Part shown: positions 1-10,493 of the stretch, piece by piece | Position numbering within the stretch: position 1 is the first letter of the stretch | Layout of the letters: each line of letters begins with the position of its first letter | Origin: Thermoanaerobaculia bacterium | GTDB lineage: Bacteria > Acidobacteriota > Thermoanaerobaculia > Gp7-AA8 | NCBI GenBank assembly: GCA_963719365.1 | Contig: OY970380.1 | Span: 1,038,903-1,102,902, forward strand | Direction of reading: 5' to 3' | DNA: 64,000 bases | Program-made: the position numbers and the translations under genes | Notes under the pieces: generated by a model | Told to the model about the DNA's origin: nothing | Databases searched by the model: none | The model's input: only the letters and a program-made list of their open reading frames with translations

Positions 1-204
1 AGCGATGTCAAAGCGCACGACGTTCTGCTGGAACGACAGATTCTTATCCGTAGTTACGAGAACATCGAACTGTTGCTCGGCGAGTTTGAGCAACGCACCG
101 TTGACGGTCTCACTCCATCCCGCCTGACGCACCGTCTTCACATCATGGCCCGGCAGGTCTCGAAGAAGACGCCAATCGACGCACTCATCAAGCAGAATCT
201 TCAT
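1..204 (-). CDS. DUF5615-like (PIN-like/Mut7-C) putative toxin, 3' part cut by window edge
   Basis: Reverse-strand translation from ATG at 204-202 reads MKILLDECVDWRLLRDLPGHDVKTVRQAGWSETVNGALLKLAEQQFDVLVTTDKNL..., typical DUF5615 N-terminus. Its start overlaps the stop of the upstream DUF433 gene by 4 bp (ATGA). Confidence 0.6.
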   Translation of the reverse strand, partial: MKILLDECVDWRLLRDLPGHDVKTVRQAGWSETVNGALLKLAEQQFDVLVTTDKNLSFQQNVVRFDIA

Positions 205-431
205 CCTGCTTCTGCCAGTACGCGCGCTTTGGTTTCCTCGAGAAACGTAATCACTTGCTGGCGGCTCACTGAAGGAAAGCCTTCGAGAAAGTCCTCGATT
301 GATTCGCCGCCTTCCAAATAATCAAGGAGGTTCTCGATCGGAACGCGCGTTCCGGCGAAGACAGGCGTTCCACCCATCACATCGACTGAGGATGCGACGA
401 CCATGCTCTTCATCGCGCGAAGTATCGCCAA
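201..431 (-). CDS. DUF433 family protein (putative antitoxin partner of DUF5615)
   Basis: 76-aa ORF containing GTRVPIENLLDYLEGGESIEDFLEGFPSVSRQQV, characteristic of DUF433. Translationally coupled to the downstream DUF5615-like ORF. Confidence 0.7.
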   Translation of the reverse strand: MAILRAMKSMVVASSVDVMGGTPVFAGTRVPIENLLDYLEGGESIEDFLEGFPSVSRQQVITFLEETKARVLAEAG

Positions 432-504
432 TTTCGTTCGCGATGCAAAGCCCGCCTCCGCGCCTACGAACAGCCTTCCCCACCACCCAACCCCCTGCCC
501 AAAT

Positions 505-535
505 CTTCGAAAAGCGTGTTCGAAAAATCGAAATT
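505..535 (+). promoter_or_regulatory. Conserved upstream motif copy 1 (tcgaaaagcgtgttcgaaaaatcgaaa), upstream of first Che-operon gene
   Basis: Near-identical 27-nt string recurs at 8519-8549 upstream of the second MCP gene. Contains three TCGAAA(A/T) direct repeats. Confidence 0.3.
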
Positions 536-646
536 CACGCCGATTCCAATCTCGATCGTTCGGTCTAATCCATTGAACAGATAGATATTTGCGGTCCGCT
601 GAGACCGTGCCATGACGTGGCCGTGCCGTTGCGATAGACGGCGGTC

Positions 647-1048
647 ATGAACCCTTGCACTCAATCCCGTCCCAGTCCGAGGATGCTGCTCGTTGAAGAC
701 GAGGTCGTCCTTCTTTCGGCTCTCAAGAAGTACTTCACTCGCGAAGGATATGCGGTCGATTGCGCACGTGAGCTTGAGGAAGCGGAAGCGCTGATCGCGA
801 CCTCGTTCTACGACGTCGTCATCGCCGATCTGCGGCTCTCCGGCACCTACGCCGTCGAAGGTCTGGCGATTCTGCGCTTCGTCCGCCACAACTCGCGCGG
901 CACGCGCGTCATCATCCTCACCGCGCATACGGCGCCCGGAATTCAGCGCAGCGCGCACGCCCTCGGTGCCGAGGCGTTTCTGCCGAAGCCGACGCCGCTC
1001 GCTGACATTGCGGCCTGCATTGACCGGCTGATGGGGGTGGCATCGTGA
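647..1048 (+). CDS. Response regulator receiver (REC-only) protein
   Basis: LLVEDEVVLLSALKK...VVIADLRLSG...LTAHTAPG...AFLPKP matches the CheY-like receiver domain. Alternative start at 683 (MLLVEDE). Stop overlaps the GTG start of the EAL gene (GTGA). Confidence 0.85.
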   Translation: MNPCTQSRPSPRMLLVEDEVVLLSALKKYFTREGYAVDCARELEEAEALIATSFYDVVIADLRLSGTYAVEGLAILRFVRHNSRGTRVIILTAHTAPGIQRSAHALGAEAFLPKPTPLADIAACIDRLMGVAS

Positions 1049-1818
1049 CGCGCCACACGCTCATCGACGACATCTTCGCGCCGGGCGGACTCACGATTCT
1101 GTTCCAGCCGATCTTCGAGATCGTGAACGGCGATCCGGTGCTCTTCGCACTCGAAGCGCTGTCGCGCGGACCGAAAGGCTCGAACGTCGAATGCGCGAAT
1201 GTGCTGTTCGAGTACATCCGGCGCAAAGGAAAGGAAACCGAGGTCGATCGTGTGTGCATCGCACGTGCGGTCGCGGCAGCAGCGAGCGTGCCGGGATCGC
1301 CGGCGATCTCCATCAACGTTCATGCGTCGACGCTCGAGCGCGATCCGCATTTCGCCGCGTTTCTTAGCGACGTCTGCAACAGAAACGGCGTGCAGGTCTC
1401 GCGAGTGATTCTCGAGATCGTGGAGCAGCAGAAGTTCTTTGACGAGCGCGCGTTCTTCGCTGCCCTCAGCGACCTGCGCGCACTCGGCGTCCGCATCGCG
1501 CTCGACGACATCGGCATCGGCTACTCCAGCCACCGCATGCTCATCGAAGTCCGTCCTGACCTTTTCAAGATCGATCGTTACTTCATCACCGGAAGCGCGG
1601 AGAACGAGTACTCGCGCGCGGCCATCGAATCGATCGCCCTCCTCGCCACACGGCTCGGCGGCCGCGTCGTCGCCGAGGGCATCGAGGCGCCTGCCGACTT
1701 CGAGACCGTCACCGCGCTCGGCATCGATCTCGTGCAGGGCTACTACTTCGCGCGTCCCTCTTTCCCGGCATCGTTCGGTGCCGCACCCACTCATTACGAA
1801 TCGTCCGCGACTCACTGA
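1045..1818 (+). CDS. EAL-domain c-di-GMP phosphodiesterase (stand-alone EAL)
   Basis: EAL signature residues present: FALEALSRGP, ISINV, ILEIVEQQ, ALDDIGIGYSS, LFKIDRYFI, VVAEGIE, GIDLVQGYYFARP. Confidence 0.85.
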   Translation: MTRHTLIDDIFAPGGLTILFQPIFEIVNGDPVLFALEALSRGPKGSNVECANVLFEYIRRKGKETEVDRVCIARAVAAAASVPGSPAISINVHASTLERDPHFAAFLSDVCNRNGVQVSRVILEIVEQQKFFDERAFFAALSDLRALGVRIALDDIGIGYSSHRMLIEVRPDLFKIDRYFITGSAENEYSRAAIESIALLATRLGGRVVAEGIEAPADFETVTALGIDLVQGYYFARPSFPASFGAAPTHYESSATH

Positions 1819-1833
1819 AAAGGAGCAATGCTC

Positions 1834-2226
1834 ATGAACCGAAAAAAGATTCTGCTTGTCGATGACTCCAGCACGATCCTCATGATGGAGAAGTTCATCC
1901 TGAGGAACGGGCCCTACGATCTCGTCACGGCGACGAACGGCGAGGAGGGCGTGCGGAAGGCTTCCGAACATCTCCCCGATCTCATTCTGCTCGATGTGAT
2001 CATGCCGAAGATGGGCGGCTTCGAAGCCTGCCGGCTGATCCGCAGCGCCGAGGACACGAAGGAAATCCCCATCATCATGGTCACGACGCGCGGTGAAGCA
2101 GCCAACGTCGAAGCCGGATGGGCCAACGGCTGCACCGACTACGTGACCAAGCCGATCAACTCGATCGAGCTGCTCGCGAAAGTCCGCAACTTCCTCGGCG
2201 ACGCTGCCTCGGAGGTGCTCCAGTGA
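1834..2226 (+). CDS. cheY: CheY-like single-domain response regulator
   Basis: KILLVDDSSTILMMEKFIL...DLILLDVIMPKMGG...IIMVTT...YVTKP. AGGAG RBS 8 nt upstream of ATG 1834; an in-frame ATG at 1828 has too short a spacing. Confidence 0.88.
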   Translation: MNRKKILLVDDSSTILMMEKFILRNGPYDLVTATNGEEGVRKASEHLPDLILLDVIMPKMGGFEACRLIRSAEDTKEIPIIMVTTRGEAANVEAGWANGCTDYVTKPINSIELLAKVRNFLGDAASEVLQ

Positions 2227-3078
2227 GCGCGGACGACAAGAACCGCTCGTACGTCACCGTCGTTCGCGAAGAGCTGCAGCAGTACACGCAGGGACTTCTT
2301 CGCGAGAACGAAAAACTCCGGGCCATGGCAACCGCGCTCGAAAGCGACAAGCGCCGCCTGGAGCTGGAGATCATCGAAGCGCGTGTCGTTCTTGATCAGC
2401 AGGAAGAGCTGCGCAAGGCCACGGAAAACTTCGAGGCTGCGCGCGCGGAGATGCTGACCGAGGTTGCGCGGCTCGTGCAGGCGCGCGACGCAGCCACGCG
2501 CGAGCTCGATCTTCTTCGCACTCGCATCGGCGACGTCGAGCGCGAGAACGAAACGTACGCAGCGCAGTACCACCAGATCGAAAACCAGAGCAGCAATCTG
2601 TCGAACCTCTACGTCGCCTCGTACCAGCTTCACGCCAGCGTGGAGCGGGAGACGGTGCTCAGCACGATTCAGGAGATCGTCGTCAATCTGATCGGCTCCG
2701 AGGAAGTGGCCATCTTCGAATTCTACGAGGACGCCCGCGAGTTCCGCCTCTCCTCGTCGTTCGGCGTCGACAGGATGAAGCTGAAGAGCTTCAAAAGCCG
2801 GCAGCGGTCCGATCGGAAAATGCCTCATCGGCGGCGAGGTCTTCGTCAACGATGAAGTCGCCGGTGGTGATGACAAGCTCACCGCGTGCGTGCCGCTGAA
2901 GATCGGCGAGCGCATCATCGGCGCCATCCTCGTCTTCCGTCTGCTCGAGCACAAACAGGGATTGCAGGCCGTCGATCACGAGCTGTTCGAGCTGCTCTCG
3001 ATCCACGCATCGACCGCGCTCTACTGCGCCAATCTTCACAGCCAGGTAGCCAATACGCCGTTGGCGGTGCTGGCGTGA
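2223..3078 (+). pseudogene. Coiled-coil / GAF-domain protein, reading frame interrupted by an apparent +1 frameshift at an A4 run (2793-2796)
   Basis: Frame-0 ORF (GTG 2223, overlapping cheY stop) encodes a coiled-coil N-terminus and the GAF start QEIVVNLIGSEEVAIFEF..SSSFGVD. The frame-1 ORF ending at 3078 encodes the remainder of the GAF domain, GSGPIGKCLIGGEVFVNDE...VPLKIGERIIGAILVFRLL. Removing one A from ttcaaaagcc joins them into one continuous GAF protein of about 285 aa. Confidence 0.55.
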
Positions 3079-3125
3079 GCGCGCTCGAAGCCGGCGGCGA
3101 ACTGCCGATCGACGAAGGCGAGGTG

Positions 3126-3587
3126 ATGAAGCGGGTCTATCTCTATCCGGGACAGATCGTGACTTCGGGCCAGCCGCTCATGGTCAGCACCATCCTCGGG
3201 TCCTGCGTCTCGATCTGTCTCTGGGATCCGGCAGCAAAGATCGGCGGCATCAATCACTATCTGTTGCCCAACAACCCGCTGCCCAACAATTCGAACGGGC
3301 AGTCCGACCTTCGCTACGGCAACACGGCGATCGAACGGCTGATCGAAAAACTCCTCGGGCTCGGCGTGAAGAAGCAGCGGCTCGTGGCCAAGATCGTTGG
3401 CGGCGCGTCGATCCTCACAAGTTTCACCGACACGCGCAAATCGATCGGCGACCAGAACGTCGATGTCGCCCGGACGCTTCTCGCGAAACACGGAATCAAC
3501 GTGAGCGGCGAGCAGACCGGCGGCACGCGCGGGCGAAAACTTCTCTTCCACACCGGCAACGGCTGCGTCTTCAGCAAGGAGATTTGA
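3126..3587 (+). CDS. cheD: Chemoreceptor glutamine deamidase CheD
   Basis: MKRVYLYPGQ...MVSTILGSCVSICLWDPAAKIGGINHYLLP is the CheD signature. About 153 aa. Confidence 0.85.
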   Translation: MKRVYLYPGQIVTSGQPLMVSTILGSCVSICLWDPAAKIGGINHYLLPNNPLPNNSNGQSDLRYGNTAIERLIEKLLGLGVKKQRLVAKIVGGASILTSFTDTRKSIGDQNVDVARTLLAKHGINVSGEQTGGTRGRKLLFHTGNGCVFSKEI

Positions 3588-3589
3588 CG

Positions 3590-5239
3590 ATGAACGCCTT
3601 CCCCATCAGCGACGCCGATCGCCTGCAGCTCATCGATGCGTTCGTCGCCGAGACCGATGACGTCCTCGACGAGATCGAGCAGCTTCTGCTGCGTCTCGAA
3701 CAGAACCCCGAAGAAGATCAGCTCCTGCACGAGATTTTCCGCGGCGTCCACACGCTCAAAGGCAACGCGGCGTGTTTGCAGTTCGATGAATTGACGCGCT
3801 TCGCACACGTCATGGAGGAGTTGCTGGATGGCATGCGCGAAGGACGGCTCGACGCCACCACCGCGCACGTCAGCCAACTGCTCGATGCCGCCGATGCACT
3901 GCGCGACATCGCGGTGCGCTCGGTGAACGGCGACGGCACGCTGAGCGAGCGGCAGGAAGAGCTCCTCGCGCAGGTCGCCGCGTGGCAGACCAACGGCGGC
4001 AAAACGAGCAGCACCCTCGCCGGCAACGGCAACATATCCGCGCAAGAGCCGGCGCGCGCATCGCGTCCGTCGCGCAGTCTCCGCGTCGGCATCGACAAGC
4101 TCGATCGCATGCTCAACCTCGCCGGCGAGATCGCCACGATCCGCGGCACGGTGCGGCAACTCGTCGAGCAGAGCGGCAACGACGAGAAGACGCTCGACGC
4201 CGTTCGCGAGCTCGATCGCCTCAGCTTCGACTTGCAGGAATCGATCATGAACGTGCGGCTCGTGCCGGTCGGGCCGTCACTTCGACATTTTCACCGCGTC
4301 GTGCGCGACCTCGCTTCGTCGCAGGACAAGCGCGTGATGCTCGTGCTCGAAGGCGAAGACGTCGAAGTCGACACGACCGTCATCGAGCAACTGAAAGATC
4401 CGATCACGCACATGATCCGCAACGCGGTCGATCACGGGATCGAACTGCCGAACGTGCGTCTTGGCAAGGCAAAGAACCCCATCGGCACGATCCGCATCGC
4501 CGCGGCGCACGACTCCGGCGGCATCATCGTCCGCTTCTCCGACGACGGCGCCGGCCTGAACGACGCCAAAATCGCCGAGCGCGCCCGCGCACTCGGGCTC
4601 GATCCCGAACGGATGTCGCGTCAGGATCTTTGGGACCTGACGCTCCGTCCCGGATTCTCGACCGCGAGCCAGGTCACCGATCTCTCGGGCCGCGGCGTCG
4701 GGATGGACGTCGTCCGCCGCAATGTCGACTCGATGCGCGGAACGCTCCGCGTCCACTCCGAGCCCGGCGCCGGCACGACCGTCGAGATCCGCCTGCCGTT
4801 GACCGTCGCGGTCATCGAAGGTTTCGCGGTCGGCGTCGCGGACGAGACGTACGTGATTCCGATCGACAACGTCATCGAATGCACCGAGATGCCTGTTGGT
4901 GGCAACGACGCCAGCGGAGTCATCGATCTTCGCGGCGAGCCGCTGCCGTTCCTCCGCATCCAGCGCATCTTCGGACTCGACGCCTCGCCGCACGCTCGTG
5001 AAAACGTCGTGGTTGTGGAGCACAGAGGAGGCGGCGGACGCGCCGGAATCGTCGTCGACACGCTCTTCGGAAGCAGCCAGGTGGTCATGAAACCGATGGG
5101 CCGCTTCCTGCGCCAGGTCGACGGCGTGGCCGGTTCCTCAATCCTCGGAAACGGGCGCGTGGCCCTGATCCTCGACGTCCAGCAAATCATCAACCGGGCT
5201 GCGGAGGCCGCGGCAACACAAGCAAGGAGTCACTCATGA
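3590..5239 (+). CDS. cheA: Chemotaxis histidine kinase CheA
   Basis: HPt motif HTLKGNAA, dimerisation/HATPase region ([20 protein letters not shown]) and C-terminal CheW-like domain. An in-frame TTG at 3584 is an alternative start. Confidence 0.9.
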   Translation: MNAFPISDADRLQLIDAFVAETDDVLDEIEQLLLRLEQNPEEDQLLHEIFRGVHTLKGNAACLQFDELTRFAHVMEELLDGMREGRLDATTAHVSQLLDAADALRDIAVRSVNGDGTLSERQEELLAQVAAWQTNGGKTSSTLAGNGNISAQEPARASRPSRSLRVGIDKLDRMLNLAGEIATIRGTVRQLVEQSGNDEKTLDAVRELDRLSFDLQESIMNVRLVPVGPSLRHFHRVVRDLASSQDKRVMLVLEGEDVEVDTTVIEQLKDPITHMIRNAVDHGIELPNVRLGKAKNPIGTIRIAAAHDSGGIIVRFSDDGAGLNDAKIAERARALGLDPERMSRQDLWDLTLRPGFSTASQVTDLSGRGVGMDVVRRNVDSMRGTLRVHSEPGAGTTVEIRLPLTVAVIEGFAVGVADETYVIPIDNVIECTEMPVGGNDASGVIDLRGEPLPFLRIQRIFGLDASPHARENVVVVEHRGGGGRAGIVVDTLFGSSQVVMKPMGRFLRQVDGVAGSSILGNGRVALILDVQQIINRAAEAAATQARSHS

Positions 5240-6966
5240 GCTTCAATATCCGCCGCCGGCTCGTCGCCGGATTCCTCACGGTCGTCATCCTCGGCGCCGG
5301 CGTTTGCTTCGCCGTCCTGCAACTGCTCACCACCAGCATCCGCCAGCTCGAGAGCGTCGTCACCGTCTCCGACGCCATTCGCGAACGCGGTCTCAAGCTC
5401 CGCTTCGACATGATGACCATGAGCGACGGCATGCGCGGCTACCTCCTCGATCCGGAGGACAAAAAAGAGCTCCAGCGCAAGCGCGACGCCAACGAGGAGT
5501 TCAACAAGGATGTCCTCGAGATTCAGAGGCTGGCGCCCGCGGGCGAAGTTCGCGACCTGATCGGACGCGCCGCCGAGATGGACTCGCAGTCCGTCAACCG
5601 CCTGGAAGACGAAGTACTGCAGTTAGTCAGCGACAAGAAAATCGAGCTGGCAAAGCAGAAATACATCGCCGAATACCTCCCCGTCCGCCACACGCAGGAA
5701 GAAGTCATCGGCCAGATGGAGAAGGCCACCGACAAGCTGGCAACGCAGGCGTTCACCGCGGCGCAGAGCCGCTATCAAACGGCGCTCATCCTCACCTACG
5801 TGCTGGTCGCGCTCCTCGTGATCATCGGAACGATTCTTTCGATCTTGATCTCCTCGGCCATCGCCAAGCCGGTCGTTCGCATGGCGCAGTCGGTGCGCCG
5901 CGCGGCCAAAGGCGACGTCGGCGATACGCTGGAGTTCGACGATCGCGCCGACGAGCTCGGAGAACTGAGCCGGTCGATGAACGCGATGTACGGGTACCTG
6001 ACGTCGATGGTCGCGACCGCGGAACGCATCGCCGCCGGTGACCTGAGCGTCGACGTGCAGCCCCGTTCCGATGCCGACAGCTTCGGTATCGCATTCTCGA
6101 AGATGGTGGCGCGCCTCGTCGAAGTCATCGGCCAGGTTCGCAGCGCATCCGGCTCACTTTCGTCAGCGGCCTCGCAGGTGTCGGCCACCGCGCAGACCGT
6201 GTCCAGCGGCAACAGCCAGCAGGCCGCGGCGGTGCAGGAGACGACGTCGAGCCTCGAGCAGATGAACGCCTCGATCGCGCAGAACGCGCACAACAGCCGG
6301 CAGACCGAATCGATGGCTGTGAAGGGATCACGCGACGCCGAAGAGACCGGCGCCGCCGTGCAGGAAACGGTGGAAGCGATGAAGTCGATCGCCGCCAAAG
6401 TCTCCATCATCGAAGAGATCGCCTACCAGACCAACCTTCTCGCATTGAACGCCGCAATCGAAGCGGCGCGCGCCGGCGAGCACGGACGCGGCTTCGCCGT
6501 CGTCGCCACCGAAGTCCGCAAGCTGGCGGAGCGCAGCCAGAGCTCTTCGCGCGAGATCGGCGCACTCGCCGCCGCAAGCGTGAAAGGTGCCGACCGCTCC
6601 GGAACGCTGCTGTCCGAGCTCGTGCCGGCGATCCGGCGCACGTCGGAGCTCGTTCAGGAAGTGGCCGCGGCATCGAACGAACAGGCTGGCGGCGTGGCCC
6701 GCATCAATCGTTCGCTGATGCAGGTCGACCAAGTCACCCAACGCAACGCCTCGGCATCCGAAGAGCTGGCCGCAACCGCCGAAGAGATGGCCGCGCAGGC
6801 CGACGGTCTTCAAGGCCTCGTCGAGTTCTTCCGCATCGGAAACGAACAGAAATTGCCGGTAGCGCATAAGCCGGCCGTCGTCGCCGCAAAAGCGCCGATC
6901 GTCGTCAAGCCTTCGAAAGGCAACGGAAACGGCGGCGCGCACTACGCCAACTTCGGGAGCTTCTGA
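5236..6966 (+). CDS. Methyl-accepting chemotaxis protein (two TM, HAMP, MCP signalling domain)
   Basis: Highly conserved MCP core [46 protein letters not shown]-terminal TM, periplasmic region, second TM and HAMP. ATGA overlap with cheA. Confidence 0.9.
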   Translation: MSFNIRRRLVAGFLTVVILGAGVCFAVLQLLTTSIRQLESVVTVSDAIRERGLKLRFDMMTMSDGMRGYLLDPEDKKELQRKRDANEEFNKDVLEIQRLAPAGEVRDLIGRAAEMDSQSVNRLEDEVLQLVSDKKIELAKQKYIAEYLPVRHTQEEVIGQMEKATDKLATQAFTAAQSRYQTALILTYVLVALLVIIGTILSILISSAIAKPVVRMAQSVRRAAKGDVGDTLEFDDRADELGELSRSMNAMYGYLTSMVATAERIAAGDLSVDVQPRSDADSFGIAFSKMVARLVEVIGQVRSASGSLSSAASQVSATAQTVSSGNSQQAAAVQETTSSLEQMNASIAQNAHNSRQTESMAVKGSRDAEETGAAVQETVEAMKSIAAKVSIIEEIAYQTNLLALNAAIEAARAGEHGRGFAVVATEVRKLAERSQSSSREIGALAAASVKGADRSGTLLSELVPAIRRTSELVQEVAAASNEQAGGVARINRSLMQVDQVTQRNASASEELAATAEEMAAQADGLQGLVEFFRIGNEQKLPVAHKPAVVAAKAPIVVKPSKGNGNGGAHYANFGSF

Positions 6967-6968
6967 AC

Positions 6969-7814
6969 ATGAAACGCTTACTCAGATTCTTCGCCCGAAT
7001 CCTCGCGCGGTTCGCGCCAGGCCGCGCGCGCAAACGCAAACGGTCGGTGCAGTACCTGCTCTGCCTGATCCTCGTGGCGCTGCCGCTCGCAGCACAGACG
7101 CCAACGCCGATCCAGGACAACAGTTTTCTCATCGAGGAGGCATACAACCAGGAAGCTGGGGTCGTGCAGCACATCCAGACGTTCTCGCGCGCCACGCGGG
7201 GCGGCGACTGGGCTTACACGTTCACCGACGAATGGCCGGCACCTGGATTGAAGCATCAGCTCAGCTACACGTTGCCGGTGGCCCAGATCGACGGCGCGCA
7301 CGGTGCCGGAGATATCGCCCTCAACTATCGCTATCAATGGATCGGTGATGGCGACTCGCGCCTGGCCGTCTCGCCGCGAGTAACTGTTCTTCTTCCGACC
7401 GGCAGTTCGCGCCGCGGCCTCGGCAACGGCGGAGTCGGTTGGCAGGTAATGCTTCCTGCCAGCACGGTCCTCTCGCCGTCGCTCGTCGCGCACTGGAACC
7501 TCGGCGCAACAGTGACGCCTTCGAGCAACACACATGCAATCACCGCCGGCCAGAGTTTCGTCTGGCTCGCCAATCCTCGCTTCAACCTGCTCGTCGAGAC
7601 GCTCTGGACTCGAACCTCCGATCGAACGGGACACGAGTCGCAATTCACAGTGAGCCCCGGCGTCCGATGGTCGTATGACCTTCCCCACCATCTCCAGGTC
7701 GTTCCGGGAATCGCCTTGCCAATGACCAATCACGGCGGCGGAAAGTCGCTGTTTCTCTACCTCAGCTTCGAGCACCCATTCAAACAACTACAAGGAGCAA
7801 ACAATGTTCAGTAA
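6969..7814 (+). CDS. Putative outer-membrane beta-barrel protein (MetA-pathway/phenol-degradation-like transporter family, tentative)
   Basis: Signal-peptide-like N-terminus, alternating amphipathic beta-strand pattern, Gly/aromatic-rich sequence with no cytoplasmic motifs. Family assignment from resemblance only. Confidence 0.5.
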   Translation: MKRLLRFFARILARFAPGRARKRKRSVQYLLCLILVALPLAAQTPTPIQDNSFLIEEAYNQEAGVVQHIQTFSRATRGGDWAYTFTDEWPAPGLKHQLSYTLPVAQIDGAHGAGDIALNYRYQWIGDGDSRLAVSPRVTVLLPTGSSRRGLGNGGVGWQVMLPASTVLSPSLVAHWNLGATVTPSSNTHAITAGQSFVWLANPRFNLLVETLWTRTSDRTGHESQFTVSPGVRWSYDLPHHLQVVPGIALPMTNHGGGKSLFLYLSFEHPFKQLQGANNVQ

Positions 7815-8496
7815 CTACAAAACCGTAGCCCGCGCCCTTGCGGTGGCGATCATTTCCATTGCATGCATCACCTCGGCATCCGCGGCAACACTCTCTGCAG
7901 AAACGTGGCGCAAAGCGGTCAACGAGAATGCCGCCAGCCTCAAGAAAGGCGATTACAACAACGCACTCACGACAAGCGATCGCGTCCTCGCCGAAATGGT
8001 CAAATTCCTCGGCGCCGGCACAACCGAAGATGAAATGCTGGCCACTGTATTGACGCAGAAAGCGCTCGCTCAGGCCGGACTCGGAAACATCAACGAAGCT
8101 CTCTGGTATTGGTATATCGCGCAGGAGATTTCGCCGGCCGCGGCGAAGAGCGATCTCTCAGGCTTTGGCGCTCCCGGCGAATTTCTCAAACGGCATCCTT
8201 TTGTGATCGCGGATCCAAATCCTGGTCGCGGAACGACGCCGGCCCGTGTTCTCAAGCAGGTCGTGCCAAGCTTTCCGTCCGGCGCTTCGCGATTTGGCGC
8301 GGGCGATCTCATCGTCCACATCGTCATCGATCGCAATGGCTCGCCAACCTTGCCGCATATCGTTCATCCGCTTCCCGCGCCAACGCTTTCCTTCGTCGCT
8401 CTCGAGGCCCTGAAGCACTGGCAGTTCGCGCCCGCGAAGCAGAACGGCGACTCGGTTTCCTTCCCCTTCAATCTCACGGTTCATTACAAGCTGTAG
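7804..8496 (+). CDS. Secreted protein with TonB C-terminal-like domain
   Basis: Signal peptide (AIISIACITSASA), then C-terminal KQVVPSFPSGASRFGAGDLIVHIVIDRNGSPTL...ALEALKHWQFAPAKQNG resembling the TonB_C fold. Overlaps the preceding OMP gene by 11 bp. Confidence 0.6.
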   Translation: MFSNYKTVARALAVAIISIACITSASAATLSAETWRKAVNENAASLKKGDYNNALTTSDRVLAEMVKFLGAGTTEDEMLATVLTQKALAQAGLGNINEALWYWYIAQEISPAAAKSDLSGFGAPGEFLKRHPFVIADPNPGRGTTPARVLKQVVPSFPSGASRFGAGDLIVHIVIDRNGSPTLPHIVHPLPAPTLSFVALEALKHWQFAPAKQNGDSVSFPFNLTVHYKL

Positions 8497-8518
8497 CCGC
8501 GCGCCGGCCTTGCACAAA

Positions 8519-8549
8519 GACTCGAAAAGCGTGTTCGAATAATCGAAAA
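8519..8549 (+). promoter_or_regulatory. Conserved upstream motif copy 2 (tcgaaaagcgtgttcgaataatcgaaa), upstream of second MCP
   Basis: Matches 505-535 at 26/27 positions. Confidence 0.3.
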
Positions 8550-8732
8550 GCGCGCGCTAGCAAGATCCGCATCGCATCCCCAAGTGATTTCTACCCAATT
8601 AGTTACCTCACATGCCGGAGGTTCGCGCCAAGTGGTCTCCTCGTTGCGATCTTCGGTAGTCAGACAAGCCATTTCCCTTCGTCAATCATCAACCGCCGGA
8701 CCTAACCATTCATCAGGAGCATCGAAAACATC

Positions 8733-10490
8733 ATGTTCACCAACTGGAAAATCGGAAAGAGACTGGGGCTGGCCTTCGGGATCAGCATCATCCTGGTCGC
8801 AGTCGTCGCAGTCGCCGGCTTCTGGGGCCTTTCGCAGGCGGTCCAAACCACGTACGGAATCCTCCATCACGACGCCAAGATGATGGAGCAGGCCTCACAG
8901 GCGCAAGCCAACGGCCTCGGACTGCGCCGCTATGAAAAGGATTACTTCCTCAACATCGGCGACAAAGAAAAAGAAGACGGCTACAAAGACAAATGGAACA
9001 AGGAGCATGCCGACCTCCTCGAGAACATCAACACCCTCGACAAAGTAAGCACGCTTCCCGAGGACAAAGAACTATTGAAGTCGCTTCTGGCGGACATGTC
9101 CACCTACACCATCGGCTTCCAATCGGTGCAAACGCGGATCGACGATAAGAAAATCAAAACTCCCGCCGAAGCGAATGACGCGATGGTGCCGTTCAAAGAC
9201 GAGATCCGGCGCCTCGACACCACTCTTGAGGCCTTTGCGGCCACAAACGTCGAGCGCATGAAAGCCAAAGAGAAGGTCGTGGCCGATGCCGAGGCGCGCA
9301 CCCGCAGCGTCATGTGGGTTGTCTTTGCAATCGGGATCGTTCTCGTTTCCTTTATGACCGTCGCCGTGACCCGCAGCATCACGCAGCCGATTCTCAGTGT
9401 CGTCAAGATTGCTGAGAAACTCGCCGAGGGCCAGACCGACTTCGAGATCGAATCGCGCGGCAAAGACGAAACCGGCGCACTGCTCACCGCAATGAAGCAG
9501 ATGATCGACTCGAATAATGAAATGGTCGCAGCAGCCACCGGCCTCGCCTCCGGAGATCTCTCCGTCCGCGTTACGCCTCGCTCCGATCACGACGCCCTCG
9601 GCACCGCCCTCTCCAACATGATCGAGCGTCTGACCGAGATCATCGGCGAAGTCCGCAGCGGTGCGTCCTCGCTCACCGTCGCCTCGTCGCAGATTTCGCA
9701 AAGCGCGCAGTCGCTCTCGCAGGGCACCAGCGAGCAGGCTTCGTCAGTCGAAGAGACCACCTCGAGTCTCGAAGAGATGAGCGCGTCGATCACGCAGAAC
9801 GCCGAGAACAGCCACCAGATGGAAACGATGGCCGTCAAGGGAACCAAAGACGCCGAGGAGAGTGCGCAGGCCGTCAAGCAATCCGTGGAGGCCATGACTA
9901 AGATCGCCGAGAAGATCTCCATCATCGAAGAGATCGCCTACCAGACCAACCTGCTCGCGCTGAATGCCGCCATCGAAGCAGCGCGCGCCGGCGACCACGG
10001 ACGCGGCTTCGCTGTCGTGGCAACCGAGGTTCGCAAACTCGCCGAGCGCAGCCAGGCTGCGGCAAAAGACATCGGAGCGCTGGCAACATCCAGCGTTGAC
10101 GTCGCCCAGCGTTCCGGCCGTCTGCTCATCGAGCTCGTGCCGACCATCCGGAAGACTGCCGACCTCGTTCGCGAAGTCACCGCTGCGTCGATCGAACAAT
10201 CCGGCGGCGTCGCGCAGATCAATCGCGCCATGACGCTCGTCGATCAGGTCACGCAAAAGAACGCCTCGGCATCCGAAGAGCTGGCCTCGACTGCCGAAGA
10301 GATGTCCTCGCAAGCCGAGGCGCTGCAGCAGACGATCTCGTTCTTCAAGAGCTCCAACGGCGGCCACAACGCCGCGCACCGGCCGCGCGAAACGGCCACT
10401 CCTGTCGCTCCCTTCCGCAACGTTCGTCCGGTCCCCGCCGCCGCGGCCAGCGCCACTCCGGCGACCTACGCCGACTACACGCATTTCTAG
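8733..10490 (+). CDS. Methyl-accepting chemotaxis protein (paralogue of 5236-6966)
   Basis: [45 protein letters not shown]; HAMP; two TM segments. Confidence 0.9.
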   Translation: MFTNWKIGKRLGLAFGISIILVAVVAVAGFWGLSQAVQTTYGILHHDAKMMEQASQAQANGLGLRRYEKDYFLNIGDKEKEDGYKDKWNKEHADLLENINTLDKVSTLPEDKELLKSLLADMSTYTIGFQSVQTRIDDKKIKTPAEANDAMVPFKDEIRRLDTTLEAFAATNVERMKAKEKVVADAEARTRSVMWVVFAIGIVLVSFMTVAVTRSITQPILSVVKIAEKLAEGQTDFEIESRGKDETGALLTAMKQMIDSNNEMVAAATGLASGDLSVRVTPRSDHDALGTALSNMIERLTEIIGEVRSGASSLTVASSQISQSAQSLSQGTSEQASSVEETTSSLEEMSASITQNAENSHQMETMAVKGTKDAEESAQAVKQSVEAMTKIAEKISIIEEIAYQTNLLALNAAIEAARAGDHGRGFAVVATEVRKLAERSQAAAKDIGALATSSVDVAQRSGRLLIELVPTIRKTADLVREVTAASIEQSGGVAQINRAMTLVDQVTQKNASASEELASTAEEMSSQAEALQQTISFFKSSNGGHNAAHRPRETATPVAPFRNVRPVPAAAASATPATYADYTHF

Positions 10491-10493
10491 GAG

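Noticed and set aside
943-1971. 342-aa ORF on minus strand
   Set aside because: Antisense to the well-supported EAL gene; Arg/Asp-rich low-complexity product typical of high-GC shadow ORFs.
3982-5001. 339-aa Arg-rich + strand ORF
   Set aside because: Alternative frame inside cheA; extreme Arg/Pro composition, no motifs.
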